Assembly: GCA_963717255.1 (NCBI GenBank)
Contig: CAVQVT010000007.1
Coordinates: 171,466-235,465 of the forward strand
Reading direction: 5' to 3'
DNA: 64,000 nucleotides
Source: an uncultured Chloroflexia bacterium
GTDB lineage: Bacteria; Chloroflexota; Limnocylindria; Limnocylindrales; CSP1-4
Shown: one piece after another, positions 1-12,666 of the stretch
How the letters are laid out: each line of letters begins with the position of its first letter
Numbering within the stretch: position 1 is the first letter of the stretch
The notes under the pieces: generated by a model
What the model was told of the DNA's origin: nothing
What the model saw: only the letters and a program-made list of their open reading frames with translations
The model's database searches: none
Program-made: the position numbers and the translations under genes

Positions 1-312
1 CTGGTCCTTCTTGTCAGAGCGCCCGTAGGAGTAGTACGGGACGACCGCCGTGATCCGCCCGGCCGACGCGCGCTTGAACGCGTCGATCATGATCAGCAGC
101 TCCATGATCGACTGGTTCACGGGGCGGCACGTCGGCTGGACGAGGAAGACGTCCTTCTCTCGGACGTTGTCGAGCACGCGAACGAAGATGTTCTCGTTCG
201 CGAACTGGAAGATCTCGGCGCGGCCCTGCTCCACGCCCAGGTAGCGGCAGATCTTGCGCGCGAGCTCCGGGTTGGCGTTCCCCGTGTAGACGTCGAACTG
301 GTCGGAGTACAC
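1..312 (-). CDS. prs: ribose-phosphate pyrophosphokinase (PRPP synthetase), N-terminal 104 aa only; gene continues beyond window start
   Basis: Minus-strand translation from GTG at 312 gives VYSDQFDVYTGNANPELARKI...FVRVLDNVREKDVFLVQPTCRPVNQSIMELLIMIDAFKRASAGRITAVVPYYSYGRSDKK. This matches the Prs N-terminus and the PRPP-synthase motifs. GGGAG lies 8 nt upstream. It is not in the ORF track because it runs off the window; the track ORF 14..448 is in another frame. Confidence 0.7.
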   Translation of the reverse strand, partial: MYSDQFDVYTGNANPELARKICRYLGVEQGRAEIFQFANENIFVRVLDNVREKDVFLVQPTCRPVNQSIMELLIMIDAFKRASAGRITAVVPYYSYGRSDKKDQ

Positions 313-338
313 CGCAGTCTCCCGCCCGCGCGCGGAGT

Positions 339-2900
339 TCACGCGTCCGGCCCGCCGTCGCCTTCCGCCGACTCCTCGTCGTCGCCGTCATTCTCCCCGA
401 TGGCCCGGTGCTCCGCCAGACCTGCGCGGAAGGCCGCGATCCCCACAACGCGGTCGCCCTCGGCGAGCCGCATCACGATGACCCCTCGCGCGCCGGACGA
501 GTAGCGGTTGATCGTCCGGACATCGGTGCGGACGATCTGGCCCTGCTCGCTGATGAGGAGCAGCTCCTCCTCGGTCTCGGTGACCTGCTGGACGGCCGCG
601 ACCGCGCCGGTCTTCCGGCCCTCGAGCGGGATGAGCATCACGCCCTGGCCCCCGCGGTGCTTCCGCCGGAACTCCGAGAGCCGGACGCGCTTGCCGTACC
701 CGGTCTCCGTGAGCGTGAGCAGGTCGGCGGTGGGCTCCGCGACGGCCATCGAGACGACGCGGTCGCCGGCGCGTGCGAGCCGGATGCCGATGACGCCGGC
801 GGCGACGCGGCCCATCGGCCGGACCTCGCCCTCGTGGAACCGGGCGAGCTTCCCGTGTGCGGTCGCGAGCAGGACATCGTCCTCGCCGCTGGTCACCGCG
901 ACCCACGCGAGCTCGTCCCCCTCGTTGAGGGTGATCGCGATGATGCCCGATGACCGGACGCGCTCGAACTGCTCGAGGGGCGTCTTCTTCACGATGCCGT
1001 TGCGGGTGGCGAGCATGAGGAAGGAGCCGGCGTCGAACCCCGCGATGACGATCGTCGCCTTCGGGGCCTCGCCGGTCTCGACCTGGACGCCCGGCAGGTT
1101 GATGATCGGGATTCCCTTCGCCTGGCGGCTGGCGTCCGGGATCGCGTGGACCTTGCTGCTGAAGACGCGCCCGCGGTTCGTGAAGAACAGGGCCCAGTCG
1201 TGCGTGTTCGCCACCAGGAGGTCGTCGACCGCGTCCTCCTCGCGCGTCACGTGGCCGATGATCCCCTTGCCGCCGCGGTGCTGACGGCGGTAGGTCGCGA
1301 CAGGCTGGCGCTTGATGTAGCCCCGCCGGCTGATCGTGACGACCACATCCTCGTCGGCGATGAGGTCCTCGTCGGTCATCTCGCGCGACTCGTCGTCGGC
1401 GACGCGCGTCCGCCGCTCGCCGGCGTGCTTCCGCTTCAGCTCGTTCAGCTCGTCCTTGATGATCGCGAGGACGCGGCCCGGGTTGGCGAGGATGTCCTCG
1501 AGCTCCGCGATGAGCTGGATGACGGCGAGGTACTCGTCCTCGATCTTCTTCCGCTCGAGCGCGGCGAGCCGCGCGAGCCGCATGTCCAGGATCGCCTGGG
1601 CCTGGACCTCGGTCAGCCCGAAGTGCGCCATCAGGTTCTTCCGCGCGGTCTCGACGTCTGCCGACTCGCGGATCGTCTTGATGACGGCATCGAGGTTGTC
1701 GAGCGCGATCTTCAGCCCTTCGAGGATGTGGGCCCGTTCGCGCGCCTTCCCGAGGTCGTACTCCGTGCGTCGCCGGATGACGTCGCGGCGCCAGTCGATG
1801 TGGTGCTGGATGACGGACTTGAGCGGGAGCGTCTGCGGCTGGCCGTCGACGAGGGCGAGCATGTTCAGGTTGAACGCGCTCTGCATCGTCGTGTGCTTGA
1901 AGAGGTTGTTCAGGACCTTGTGCGGGTTCGCGTCCTGCTTGACCTCGATGAAGATGCGCATCCCGTCGCGGTCGGACTCGTCCCGCAGGTCCGAGATCCC
2001 CTCGAGCTTCTTGTCCTTCACCAGGTCGGCGATCTTCTCGATCAGCGCCGCCTTGTTCACCTGGTACGGGAGCTCGGTGACGATGATCGCCGTCCGCTCC
2101 CTGCGGGTCTCCTCGAAGGCGACCTGGGCGCGCATGACGACGCGGCCCCTGCCGTGGGCGTACATCTGGCGGATCGCGTCCACCCGCTCGGTCTGGCCGG
2201 TGATCGTGTTGCGCTGCTGGTCGAACCGGAAGATCGTCCCGCCGGTCGGGAAGTCCGGGCCCCTCACGAACGCGCAGAGGTCGTCGCTCGTGAGGTCCGG
2301 GTCGTCGATGAGCGCGATCGTCGCATCGGCGACCTCGCCGAGATGGTGCGGCGGGATGTTCGTCGCCATGCCGACCGCGATCCCGGACGAGCCGTTCACG
2401 AGGAGGTTCGGGAGGCGGGCCGGCAGCACGGTGGGCTCGCGGTGGCTGCCGTCGTAGTTGTCGATGAAGTCGACGGTGTCCTTGTCGATGTCGACGAGCA
2501 TCTCGGCCGCGATCGCGGTCAGGCGGGCCTCCGTGTACCGCATCGCGGCGGCGCTGTCGCCGTCCACCGAGCCGAAGTTGCCCTGGCCGTCTACGAGCGG
2601 ATACCGCATCGAGAAGTGCTGGGCGAGGCGCACGAGCGTGTCGTACGCGGCCTGGTCCCCGTGCGGGTGGTACTTGCCGAGGACCTCGCCGACGATCGCG
2701 GCGCACTTGCGGAACGACGATGTGGACGAGAGACCCATCTCGCCCATCGCGTACAGGATCCGGCGCTGCACCGGCTTCAGGCCGTCGCGGACGTCGGGGA
2801 GCGCGCGCGAGACGATGACGCTCATCGCGTAGTCGAGGTACGAGACCTTCATCTCGTCCTCGATGCGGATGGCCCTGATGTCGCCCGGGTCGTCGATCAC
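339..2900 (-). CDS. gyrA: DNA gyrase subunit A
   Basis: 853 aa with [39 protein letters not shown] at the N-terminus. Full-length GyrA architecture including the C-terminal beta-pinwheel repeats. Confidence 0.95.
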   Translation of the reverse strand: MIDDPGDIRAIRIEDEMKVSYLDYAMSVIVSRALPDVRDGLKPVQRRILYAMGEMGLSSTSSFRKCAAIVGEVLGKYHPHGDQAAYDTLVRLAQHFSMRYPLVDGQGNFGSVDGDSAAAMRYTEARLTAIAAEMLVDIDKDTVDFIDNYDGSHREPTVLPARLPNLLVNGSSGIAVGMATNIPPHHLGEVADATIALIDDPDLTSDDLCAFVRGPDFPTGGTIFRFDQQRNTITGQTERVDAIRQMYAHGRGRVVMRAQVAFEETRRERTAIIVTELPYQVNKAALIEKIADLVKDKKLEGISDLRDESDRDGMRIFIEVKQDANPHKVLNNLFKHTTMQSAFNLNMLALVDGQPQTLPLKSVIQHHIDWRRDVIRRRTEYDLGKARERAHILEGLKIALDNLDAVIKTIRESADVETARKNLMAHFGLTEVQAQAILDMRLARLAALERKKIEDEYLAVIQLIAELEDILANPGRVLAIIKDELNELKRKHAGERRTRVADDESREMTDEDLIADEDVVVTISRRGYIKRQPVATYRRQHRGGKGIIGHVTREEDAVDDLLVANTHDWALFFTNRGRVFSSKVHAIPDASRQAKGIPIINLPGVQVETGEAPKATIVIAGFDAGSFLMLATRNGIVKKTPLEQFERVRSSGIIAITLNEGDELAWVAVTSGEDDVLLATAHGKLARFHEGEVRPMGRVAAGVIGIRLARAGDRVVSMAVAEPTADLLTLTETGYGKRVRLSEFRRKHRGGQGVMLIPLEGRKTGAVAAVQQVTETEEELLLISEQGQIVRTDVRTINRYSSGARGVIVMRLAEGDRVVGIAAFRAGLAEHRAIGENDGDDEESAEGDGGPDA

Positions 2901-2931
2901 GTCTCGTGTCTCCGGTCAGTCTGCGGATGGC

Positions 2932-3909
2932 TCACGGGAACGGGGCCATCGTGTGGGAGTCGGGAGGAGGGAGCTCGCCGAATCGCGCGGCCATCTCGGC
3001 GGCGGTCGATGTGGACGTCGCGCCGGGCCGGCGCCGGATGCCCGCGATCCGCTCGCGGATGGCCGAGGCGGCGCCGGGCTCCAGCTTCGCGAGCGCGTCC
3101 CGAACGACCCAGGCGCGTGCCCCGTCGTCGGACGCCGCGGCGCGCTCGGCCTCCTCGCGACAGAACGTGGCCACCGCCCGCGCGTCCACGAGGACGAGCG
3201 ACCGCAGCGCCCATGAGAGTGCCTTCTGGACGTCCGGCGATGCGTCGCCGATGAGGGAGCCCACGACGTCGAGGCCGCGGACGGCGACCTCGGGCCGCCG
3301 CCCGCGCGTGCGGTCCACGAACGGCATGCGGGCGATCGTCGATCCGGCGAGCCGGCGCTCCCAGCGCGACGGCGAGAAGACGACCTGCTCCACCTCGGCC
3401 CAGCGGTAGGGCTCCAGCAGGACCCCCCGCGCGTACGGCGAGGCCAGGGTGTCCACGGAGATCCACTCGCTCGCGGTGCGCGCCGCCCGGCGCATCAGCT
3501 GCCAGGTCCGCTCTGGGTCGACGGCGACGATCCGGTCCATGAGCCGGGTCGCGATCCAGCGGGCCTCGGCGACCTCGCTCCGCGACGCACGGTCGGCGGC
3601 GGCCAGGAGTCGTGCCGGCCCCGTGCCTCGTCCGGCACGGGCCACGCCGGCCTCGACCGCGGAGATGAGGGGCTGACGGACCCCGGCGACGCCCCGGAGC
3701 CCCGGGGCCACGCGCGGCATCGCTTCCGCGTAGACGGGATCGGCGAGCGCCGCGAGCCCCGCATCGAGAGCGGCGACGAAGCTCTCCGGGTCGTCAAGCA
3801 GCTCGCCGAGTCTGCCACCGAGCGCCACCGCGGCCGGCCGATGGGCCTCGACGAAGGCCATCGCCGCGTCGGTGGCGGCACTGGCGGGAGCCGGGGCCGT
3901 GACGCTCAT
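2932..3909 (-). CDS. DNA alkylation repair protein (AlkD-like HEAT-repeat glycosylase family)
   Basis: 325 aa. The motifs SRWERRLAGSTIA and VQKALSWALRSL resemble the AlkC/AlkD DNA_alkylation family. ATGA overlap with the upstream thioesterase stop. Confidence 0.6.
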   Translation of the reverse strand: MSVTAPAPASAATDAAMAFVEAHRPAAVALGGRLGELLDDPESFVAALDAGLAALADPVYAEAMPRVAPGLRGVAGVRQPLISAVEAGVARAGRGTGPARLLAAADRASRSEVAEARWIATRLMDRIVAVDPERTWQLMRRAARTASEWISVDTLASPYARGVLLEPYRWAEVEQVVFSPSRWERRLAGSTIARMPFVDRTRGRRPEVAVRGLDVVGSLIGDASPDVQKALSWALRSLVLVDARAVATFCREEAERAAASDDGARAWVVRDALAKLEPGAASAIRERIAGIRRRPGATSTSTAAEMAARFGELPPPDSHTMAPFP

Positions 3910-4484
3910 CGGTCCGCCACCATGCCGGGAGTATCGGTTGCCGTGTCCCGGTCCACCGTCGCGTCCGCGCCGGCAGAGGTGCCGGCACCGCCGCCCGCCC
4001 CGACGCCGGCGTCCGCGAGCTGCTCGACGCCGGCGCCCGCGAGCGGCTCCACGGCCGGGAGCGACTGCCGGACGCGCCAGCGCCGTACGCCTCCCGGGCC
4101 GTCGGTCGTGCCCGCGAAGCGATACCGGGAACGCAGCTCCTGCTGCTGACTCTCTGGGATCGTCAGATACACGCCCTCGGCCCGCGCGCAGACGTCGCCG
4201 GTCGCGCGATCCAGCACGGCCGCCTCGGCCCGGATGAGCCGCCGCTTCATCTCGATGACGCGGCCTTCGACGCGAAGCGGCGTGGCCACATGCACGGGCC
4301 GTCGGTACTCGATGGACATCCGGGCGGTCAGCGCGAACGCCTCACGCGACGCGATCGCCCACGCCATCGCCTCGTCGAGCAGCGTGGCGAGGATCCCGCC
4401 GTGCGCGATCCCCTCCCACCCCTGGAAGCCCGGGCCGAGGACCAGGTCGCTCCACGAGCGATCGGGCTCGATGTGGATGACCAT
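3906..4484 (-). CDS. hotdog-fold (PaaI-type) thioesterase with ~90 aa low-complexity C-terminal tail
   Basis: IAHGGILATLLDEAMAWAI...RVEGRVIEMKRRLIRAEAAV is a PaaI/hotdog signature. The start is re-called at ATG 4484 (MVIHIEPD). The track start 4652 would overlap the gyrB 3' end by 70 nt. The exact start is uncertain. Confidence 0.55.
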   Translation of the reverse strand: MVIHIEPDRSWSDLVLGPGFQGWEGIAHGGILATLLDEAMAWAIASREAFALTARMSIEYRRPVHVATPLRVEGRVIEMKRRLIRAEAAVLDRATGDVCARAEGVYLTIPESQQQELRSRYRFAGTTDGPGGVRRWRVRQSLPAVEPLAGAGVEQLADAGVGAGGGAGTSAGADATVDRDTATDTPGMVADR

Positions 4485-4581
4485 CCGGATCCCCTGCGCG
4501 TTGAGATCGCCGCAGGCGAAGCAGCGGTGCGCCGCGAGGTCGAACGTCCCCTCCACGCCGGGCTGCGCCGCGCCTCGCGCC

Positions 4582-7429
<2,848 letters not shown>

Positions 7430-7433
<4 letters not shown>

Positions 7434-8245
7434 AGCGTCACCGCCTCGGGCACGGGGACCGGGCCCGAGACCGGCCTGCCGTCGCGACGGCGCAGCTCTT
7501 CGGCGAGGGCCTGGTACGCGAGAGCGCCACGGGACGCGGGGTCGTGCTCGACGATCGGGCGGCCGTACGAGGGTGCCTCGGCGAGGCGCACGCTTCGCGG
7601 GATGACCGAGCCGAAGACGGCGCTGCCGAGGTGTCGGCGGACCTCGGCAGCGACCTCCGCGGAGAGGTTCGTGCGACCGTCGAACATGGTGAGGACGACC
7701 CCCTTGATGGCGAGGTCGGGGTTGAGGTGATCCCGGACGAGGTTGATCGTCGCGATGAGCTGACTCAGCCCCTCGAGGGCGTAGTACTCGCACTGGATGG
7801 GGACGAGGACCGAGTCGGCTGCCGTGAGGGCGTTCACCGTGAGAAGGCCCAGGGACGGAGGGCAGTCGAGGAGAACGTAGTCGTAGGCGGGCACGGCAGG
7901 AGCGAGGAGGTGCGCGAGCCGGCGCTCGCGCTGGGGGAGGGGGGTGAGCTCGACCTCGGCGCCCGCGAGGGAGATGGACGAGGGGATGACGGAGAGGCCG
8001 TCGATGGAGGTCCGGAGGACGAGGTCGTCGAGAAGCGCGTCTTCCACGACCGCGTCGTAGACGGACCGCCCTGCGCTCCCTCGGTCGATGCCGAGGCCGC
8101 TCGTGGCATTCCCCTGGGGGTCGAGGTCGATGACCAGCACGCGGTCACCGGCGAGGGCGAGATACGCCGCGAGATTGACGACGGTGGTGGTCTTGCCAAC
8201 GCCGCCCTTCTGGTTGGCGCAGGCGATCGTCTGCCCCATGGTCAT
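7430..8245 (-). CDS. parA: chromosome partitioning ATPase ParA/Soj
   Basis: 271 aa with the deviant Walker A motif KGGVGKTT (IACANQKGGVGKTTTVVNLAAYLA). Confidence 0.9.
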
Positions 8246-8550
8246 GGGGGCGCGATGGGGGCGATCACGCGCGGAATCCTACCATCGGGGGCGGTCTCCG
8301 GGCTGTGCGCTGCTGTCGGTGCCGGGGTGTGCTGCAAGCATGGCCACTCCAGCTCACGTCCGGCTCACCGCGCGAACGACGCCGGGTCGACGCGCTCGAC
8401 GACGACTCGAGCAGCGATGGGCCGGCGGGTGGTCCCCGCTTCGCGTCCGGTGCGCTCGCTGTCGAGCGTTCCGGGGTCGCGTCCGGGGCCGGACGAGCGC
8501 CGCGTGTTCCATGTGACACGGGCGGCGGCCCAGGTCGCTGCGGTCGCGTC

Positions 8551-8570
8551 GGTGGCCACTGGTGGCCACT
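8551..8570. repeat. perfect tandem 10-mer GGTGGCCACT x2
   Basis: Seen directly in the parA upstream region. Confidence 0.8.
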
Positions 8571-8649
8571 GGCGGTCCGGCTGCCGGATCTCGCTCGGCT
8601 CGGCGCCTGACGCTGATGCATCTCGGCGCTCGGCGCTCGCCGTTCGGCG

Positions 8650-8667
8650 CCGTTTCACGTGAAACCG
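8650..8667. promoter_or_regulatory. parS: parS centromere-like site
   Basis: cGTTTCACGTGAAACc matches the 16-bp parS consensus tGTTtCACGTGAAACa at 14/16 positions with a perfect palindromic core. It lies 405 bp upstream of the parA start in a locally AT-richer patch. Confidence 0.75.
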
Positions 8668-8674
8668 CCGGCGC

Positions 8675-8694
8675 ATAGTTGCCTACACAACTAT
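8675..8694. promoter_or_regulatory. perfect 7-bp inverted repeat ATAGTTG-N6-CAACTAT (candidate operator)
   Basis: Seen directly in the sequence, immediately 3' of parS, in the only AT-rich stretch of the parA-mreD intergenic region. Confidence 0.35.
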
Positions 8695-8698
8695 CATC

Positions 8699-8797
8699 GG
8701 ACCGACCGACCGACCGACCGACCGACCGACCGACCGACCGACCGACCGACCGACCGACCGACCGACCTACCGCCCGCCCGACCGACCGCCCGCCCGG
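8699..8797. repeat. tetranucleotide microsatellite: 16 perfect ACCG/GACC units, then degenerate units
   Basis: Seen directly: a perfect ACCG x16 run at 8701..8764, then ACCT/CCCG variants. It is intergenic, between parS and mreD. Confidence 0.9.
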
Positions 8798-9008
8798 CAG
8801 GCGCCGCCGCTCCCTCCGGCGCAGCACGGCCGGCCGTTCCGCGGTCGCCGACTCAGACCCCGCACGGCCGGCCGGTGCGCGGACGCGCCCGATCGTGGAC
8901 CCGGTGTTTGCCGCACCGAGGAGCCGCCCGTATCATCGAGCCGCCCCCGTCCGGCGCGCCGCGGCACACGCGCCGTACGCGGCGCCGTCACCAGAGGGAC
9001 GACCGCCC

Positions 9009-9509
9009 ATGAGCCTCGCTCTCGCGGCGCTCGCGGCCGTCGCGGCGGCGCTCCTGCAGGCGAGCGTCGCGCCGTACGTCACGATCGGCGACGCGACGCC
9101 CGACTTCGTCCTCGTCGTCGTGCTCCTGTGGGCGTCCTTCGCCGCCCTCGACGGCGCGATGGTGGCGGCGTTCGTCGGCGGAATCGCCGTGGATGCCCTG
9201 CTGGCGCGGCCGATGGGGTCATCGTCCTTCGTGCTTCTCCTCGCGGCCGGAGCGACGGCGCTCGTCGCGCGCACGGGGGCACGCAGCCGCGTCCCGCTCC
9301 TCATCCTCGCGGCCTTCGTCCTTGCGACGGCGACGGCGCTCTTGTGGTTCGTCGTGTATGGTGCCCTCGCCGGGCCGGTCCCGGCACCCGACCCGGTGGG
9401 GTCGGTCATCCCGGACGCGATCTACACGACCGTGGTGTACGCCGCTGCGCTGCCGATCGCGATCCTCCTCCGCCGCCGCTTCGGCGAGCAGGAGCGAGTC
9501 GCCTGGTGA
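9009..9509 (+). CDS. mreD: rod shape-determining protein MreD (small polytopic membrane protein)
   Basis: Re-called at ATG 9009 with GAGGGA SD. 166 aa, about 5 TM helices. The PDFVLVVVLLWA and GGIAVDALL motifs are typical of MreD. It sits immediately upstream of mrdA-rodA. Confidence 0.6.
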   Translation: MSLALAALAAVAAALLQASVAPYVTIGDATPDFVLVVVLLWASFAALDGAMVAAFVGGIAVDALLARPMGSSSFVLLLAAGATALVARTGARSRVPLLILAAFVLATATALLWFVVYGALAGPVPAPDPVGSVIPDAIYTTVVYAAALPIAILLRRRFGEQERVAW

Positions 9510-11395
9510 ATGACGCCCTCCTCCCCAACGACGCCGTCCGCTCTCGCCGCCCGATGCAATTCCTCGCGTTCGGCGTGGCGATCGCCGTCGTCGTCGCGGC
9601 GCTGACGACGCGTCTCGTCTTCCTCCAGATCCAGGAGGCTCCCAGGTTCGAGGCGCTCGCGGAGGCCAACCGGACGGCCACCGAGCCGATCCCCAGCACG
9701 CGCGGCGTCGTCTATGACCGCAACAAGAAGCTGCTCGTGCGCAACGTGCCGACGTGGACGGTCAAGATCCGGCCGGCGGACCTGCCCTACCCGCAGCGCG
9801 ACGCCGTCGTGGCCCGCCTGGCCGAGCTCCTTGAGATGAAGCCGGCGGACATCAACCTCCGCATCGAGAGCAACGTCGGGTCGACCTTCGACCTCGTCCG
9901 CATCAAGACCGACGTCGAGGAGTCCACCGCGCGGATCATCGCGGAGGAGGGTCTGAAGCTCCCGGGTGTGCAGGTCGCCGTGGAATCGCGGCGCGACTAC
10001 CTCTCCGGGCCGCTCATGGCGCAGATCATCGGGTACACCGGCGCGATCGACGCGGCGCAGCTGGCCGATCTCCAGGCCAAGGGCTACCTCCCGGACGACA
10101 TCGTCGGCAAGGCGGGGGTCGAAGCCTCGTACGAGGAGGAGCTCCGCGGTACCTACGGCGCCCAGACCGTCGAACGCGACGCGACGGGCCGGGTCATCCG
10201 TGTCCTCGAGACCGCGCGGGAGGCGGTGCCCGGATCGTCGCTCCGTCTCACGATCGACCTCAAGGAGCAGCGGTACGCGCAGGAGGCGCTCGAGTGGGGC
10301 CTGAAGGAGGCGGGTGTCCGGCGCGGCGTCTTCGCGGTCATGAACCCGCAGACCGGCGAGATCATCGCGATGGTCAGCCTGCCGACCTACGACGACAACG
10401 ACTTCGCCGAGGGCATCACCGACGCCCAGATGAAGAAGTACCTGACCGACAAGGACACGCCGTTCGTCAACCACGCGATCGCCGAGCAGTACCCGCCGGG
10501 GTCCACCTACAAGCTCGTCACGGGCGCCGGCGCCCTGCAGGACAAGAAGATCACGAAGACCTCTGAGGTCCTCTCCAAGCCGTACGTCCAGATCGGGCCG
10601 GACAAGTACTGGGAGTGGAACAAGCGCGGCTGGGGACCCCTCAACATCATCGGAGGGTTCGGGCACTCGAGCGACACGTTCTTCTACCAACTGTCCTCGA
10701 TGCTGGGGATCGACCGCCTCGCCTATTTCGCGAAGCAATTCGGCTTCGGGGCACGGACGGGCATCGACCTGCCCGGCGAGGTCGTCGGCGTCGTCCCGAC
10801 GAACCAGTGGAAGCAGGACACATTCGGGCAGGAGATCTTCCCCGGCGAGACGCTCCAGGCGGGGATCGGCCAGGGCTTCGACGTCGCGACGCCGATCCAG
10901 GTCCTCAACGCCTACGCGGCGCTCGCGAACGGCGGCAAGCTCTACCGGCCGCAGGTCGTGCGCGAGGTCATCGGGCCGGACGGGGAGGTCGCACGCCCCT
11001 TCACGAAGCAGCTCATCCGCAAGCTCGCGATCTCGTCGGCGAACCTGCAGACGATGCGGCTGGCGGCCCGGAACGTCGCGACGACCCGGCACACGTACAA
11101 CGTGGTGGACATGCCGATCGTGGTGGCAGGGAAGACAGGCACGGCCGAGTTCGGCGTGAAGGACGCGAAGGGCCGGCTCCCGTACCACACGTGGTACGCG
11201 GGCTTCGTGTCGAAGAGCGGCGACGTGAAGAAGCCGGACTCCCAGCTGGCGTTCGTCTCGTTCGTGTACGGGGCGAACACCGTCGGGAACGCGGCCACGG
11301 AAGTGGCCAAGTACTACCTGCAGCTACACTTCGGAATCAAGAAGGACTACCGGATCCCGGCGCTCCTCGAGCGCGGGAACTTCTACGGGAACTGA
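9506..11395 (+). CDS. mrdA: penicillin-binding protein 2 (elongasome transpeptidase)
   Basis: Short N-terminal region and TM helix, PBP dimerisation domain, then a transpeptidase domain with STYK, SSD and KTGTA motifs. GTG 9506 overlaps the mreD stop (GTGA). An alternative ATG (MQFLAF) lies 16 codons downstream. Confidence 0.85.
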   Translation: MNDALLPNDAVRSRRPMQFLAFGVAIAVVVAALTTRLVFLQIQEAPRFEALAEANRTATEPIPSTRGVVYDRNKKLLVRNVPTWTVKIRPADLPYPQRDAVVARLAELLEMKPADINLRIESNVGSTFDLVRIKTDVEESTARIIAEEGLKLPGVQVAVESRRDYLSGPLMAQIIGYTGAIDAAQLADLQAKGYLPDDIVGKAGVEASYEEELRGTYGAQTVERDATGRVIRVLETAREAVPGSSLRLTIDLKEQRYAQEALEWGLKEAGVRRGVFAVMNPQTGEIIAMVSLPTYDDNDFAEGITDAQMKKYLTDKDTPFVNHAIAEQYPPGSTYKLVTGAGALQDKKITKTSEVLSKPYVQIGPDKYWEWNKRGWGPLNIIGGFGHSSDTFFYQLSSMLGIDRLAYFAKQFGFGARTGIDLPGEVVGVVPTNQWKQDTFGQEIFPGETLQAGIGQGFDVATPIQVLNAYAALANGGKLYRPQVVREVIGPDGEVARPFTKQLIRKLAISSANLQTMRLAARNVATTRHTYNVVDMPIVVAGKTGTAEFGVKDAKGRLPYHTWYAGFVSKSGDVKKPDSQLAFVSFVYGANTVGNAATEVAKYYLQLHFGIKKDYRIPALLERGNFYGN

Positions 11396-11444
11396 TGCGC
11401 CGAGTCATGCCGACCGATCCGCACGCCCGACCGGGTCCCGCCTG

Positions 11445-12608
11445 ATGGGGGTCCTGCGCGCCGAGCCAGCGCGCCTGGGCGCCGCCTCGCGTGCCGTCGG
11501 CTCCGCATGGCGGGCCTACGACTGGCAGCTGGCCGTCTACGCCCTGATGCTCATGTCGTTCGGGCTCGTCATGGCGTACAGCAACAGCGTGCACGACGGC
11601 GCGCCGCCGCTGTCGTGGGGCACCACGTTCACGCGCGGCGCGGCCTGGGCCGTCATCGCCGTCGGCGTCTTCGTCGCCGCGACTGTCTTCGACTACAAGT
11701 GGCTCAAGACGTTCGCCTGGCCGCTGTACGCGGTCAACCTGGGCCTGCTGGGCCTCTCGCTCCTCATCGGCGACGGCGTGGGGAACAGCTCGCGGTGGGT
11801 GACGATCCCGGTCGTCGGGATGCAGTTCCAGTTCAGCGAGCTGGCCAAGATCCTCATGATCGTGGTGCTCGCCCGCTTCCTGAGCGCGCGCGAGGCCCGC
11901 CTCGACTCGCTCTCGACGATCCTCGGCGCGGGGCTGCTCATGGCACCGGCCGTGGCACTCGTCATGCTCCAGCCGGACCTCGGCACGTCGCTCGTCCTCG
12001 CGGCGATCCTCGTCGGGATGCTCTTCATGTCCGGAGCGAGCCTCCGGTGGCTCGCGGTCCTCGGCGCGGCGGTGATCGCGCTCATCCCGGTGGCGTGGAA
12101 CTTCATCCTCCACGACTACCAGAAGGCGCGCCTGCTGAGCTTCCTCGATCCGTCCGCCGACCCGCAGGGGTCGGGCTACCACCTGCTCCAGGCGCAGATC
12201 GCCGTCGGCGCGGGCGGGCTCATGGGGAAGGGCCTGACGAACAGCACCCAGGGCCAGCTCGACTACCTCCCGGTGCAGACGACGGACTTCGTCTTCGCGG
12301 TCCTTGCCGAGGAGCTGGGGTTCCTCGGCGCGATCGTGATCTTCCTCCTCTTCGTCGCGCTGCTGTGGCGCGTCCTCACGTCCGCGTGGCGCGCGCGCGA
12401 CCCGTTCGGCACGATGTTCGGCGCCGGGCTCGCGTCGATGATCCTCTTCCAGCTCGCCGTGAACGTGGGGATGGTCATCGGGATCATGCCGATCACGGGG
12501 ATCCCGCTGCCGTTCATCACCCATGGCGGCGCGTCTCTCATCACGCTCGCGCTGGGCCTCGGCATCCTCCAGAGCATCAACATCAGACAGGCGCGGGCCG
12601 AGTGGTGA
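11445..12608 (+). CDS. rodA: SEDS-family peptidoglycan glycosyltransferase RodA
   Basis: 387 aa FtsW/RodA/SpoVE-family protein (GSGYHLLQAQIAVGAGGLMGKG...PLPFITHGG) directly downstream of mrdA. Confidence 0.85.
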   Translation: MGVLRAEPARLGAASRAVGSAWRAYDWQLAVYALMLMSFGLVMAYSNSVHDGAPPLSWGTTFTRGAAWAVIAVGVFVAATVFDYKWLKTFAWPLYAVNLGLLGLSLLIGDGVGNSSRWVTIPVVGMQFQFSELAKILMIVVLARFLSAREARLDSLSTILGAGLLMAPAVALVMLQPDLGTSLVLAAILVGMLFMSGASLRWLAVLGAAVIALIPVAWNFILHDYQKARLLSFLDPSADPQGSGYHLLQAQIAVGAGGLMGKGLTNSTQGQLDYLPVQTTDFVFAVLAEELGFLGAIVIFLLFVALLWRVLTSAWRARDPFGTMFGAGLASMILFQLAVNVGMVIGIMPITGIPLPFITHGGASLITLALGLGILQSINIRQARAEW

Positions 12609-12666
12609 GGCCGGCCCCGGGAAGGGCCGCCGCGCCGACCGCCCGCCACCAACGCTGAGCGTCCCG

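Noticed and set aside
14-448. 144-aa ORF at the left edge
   Set aside because: A different frame on the same strand encodes a convincing Prs N-terminus with SD and GTG start. This ORF is a frame artefact.
388-2706. 772-aa Arg-rich ORF on the minus strand overlapping gyrA. Similar long Arg/Asp/Gly-rich ORFs occur at 1146..3254, 16070..17272, 43968..46259, 54603..56801, 61682..63415 and 27771..28709.
   Set aside because: They are antisense or out of frame relative to well-supported genes. Their low-complexity RGRP composition is typical of stop-codon-poor high-GC DNA. They have no domain signatures.
8699-8797. ACCG repeat as a CRISPR array or coding repeat
   Set aside because: The units are 4 nt with no spacers. 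It is a microsatellite. The ORFs that translate it (TDRPTDRP... and its antisense) have no support.
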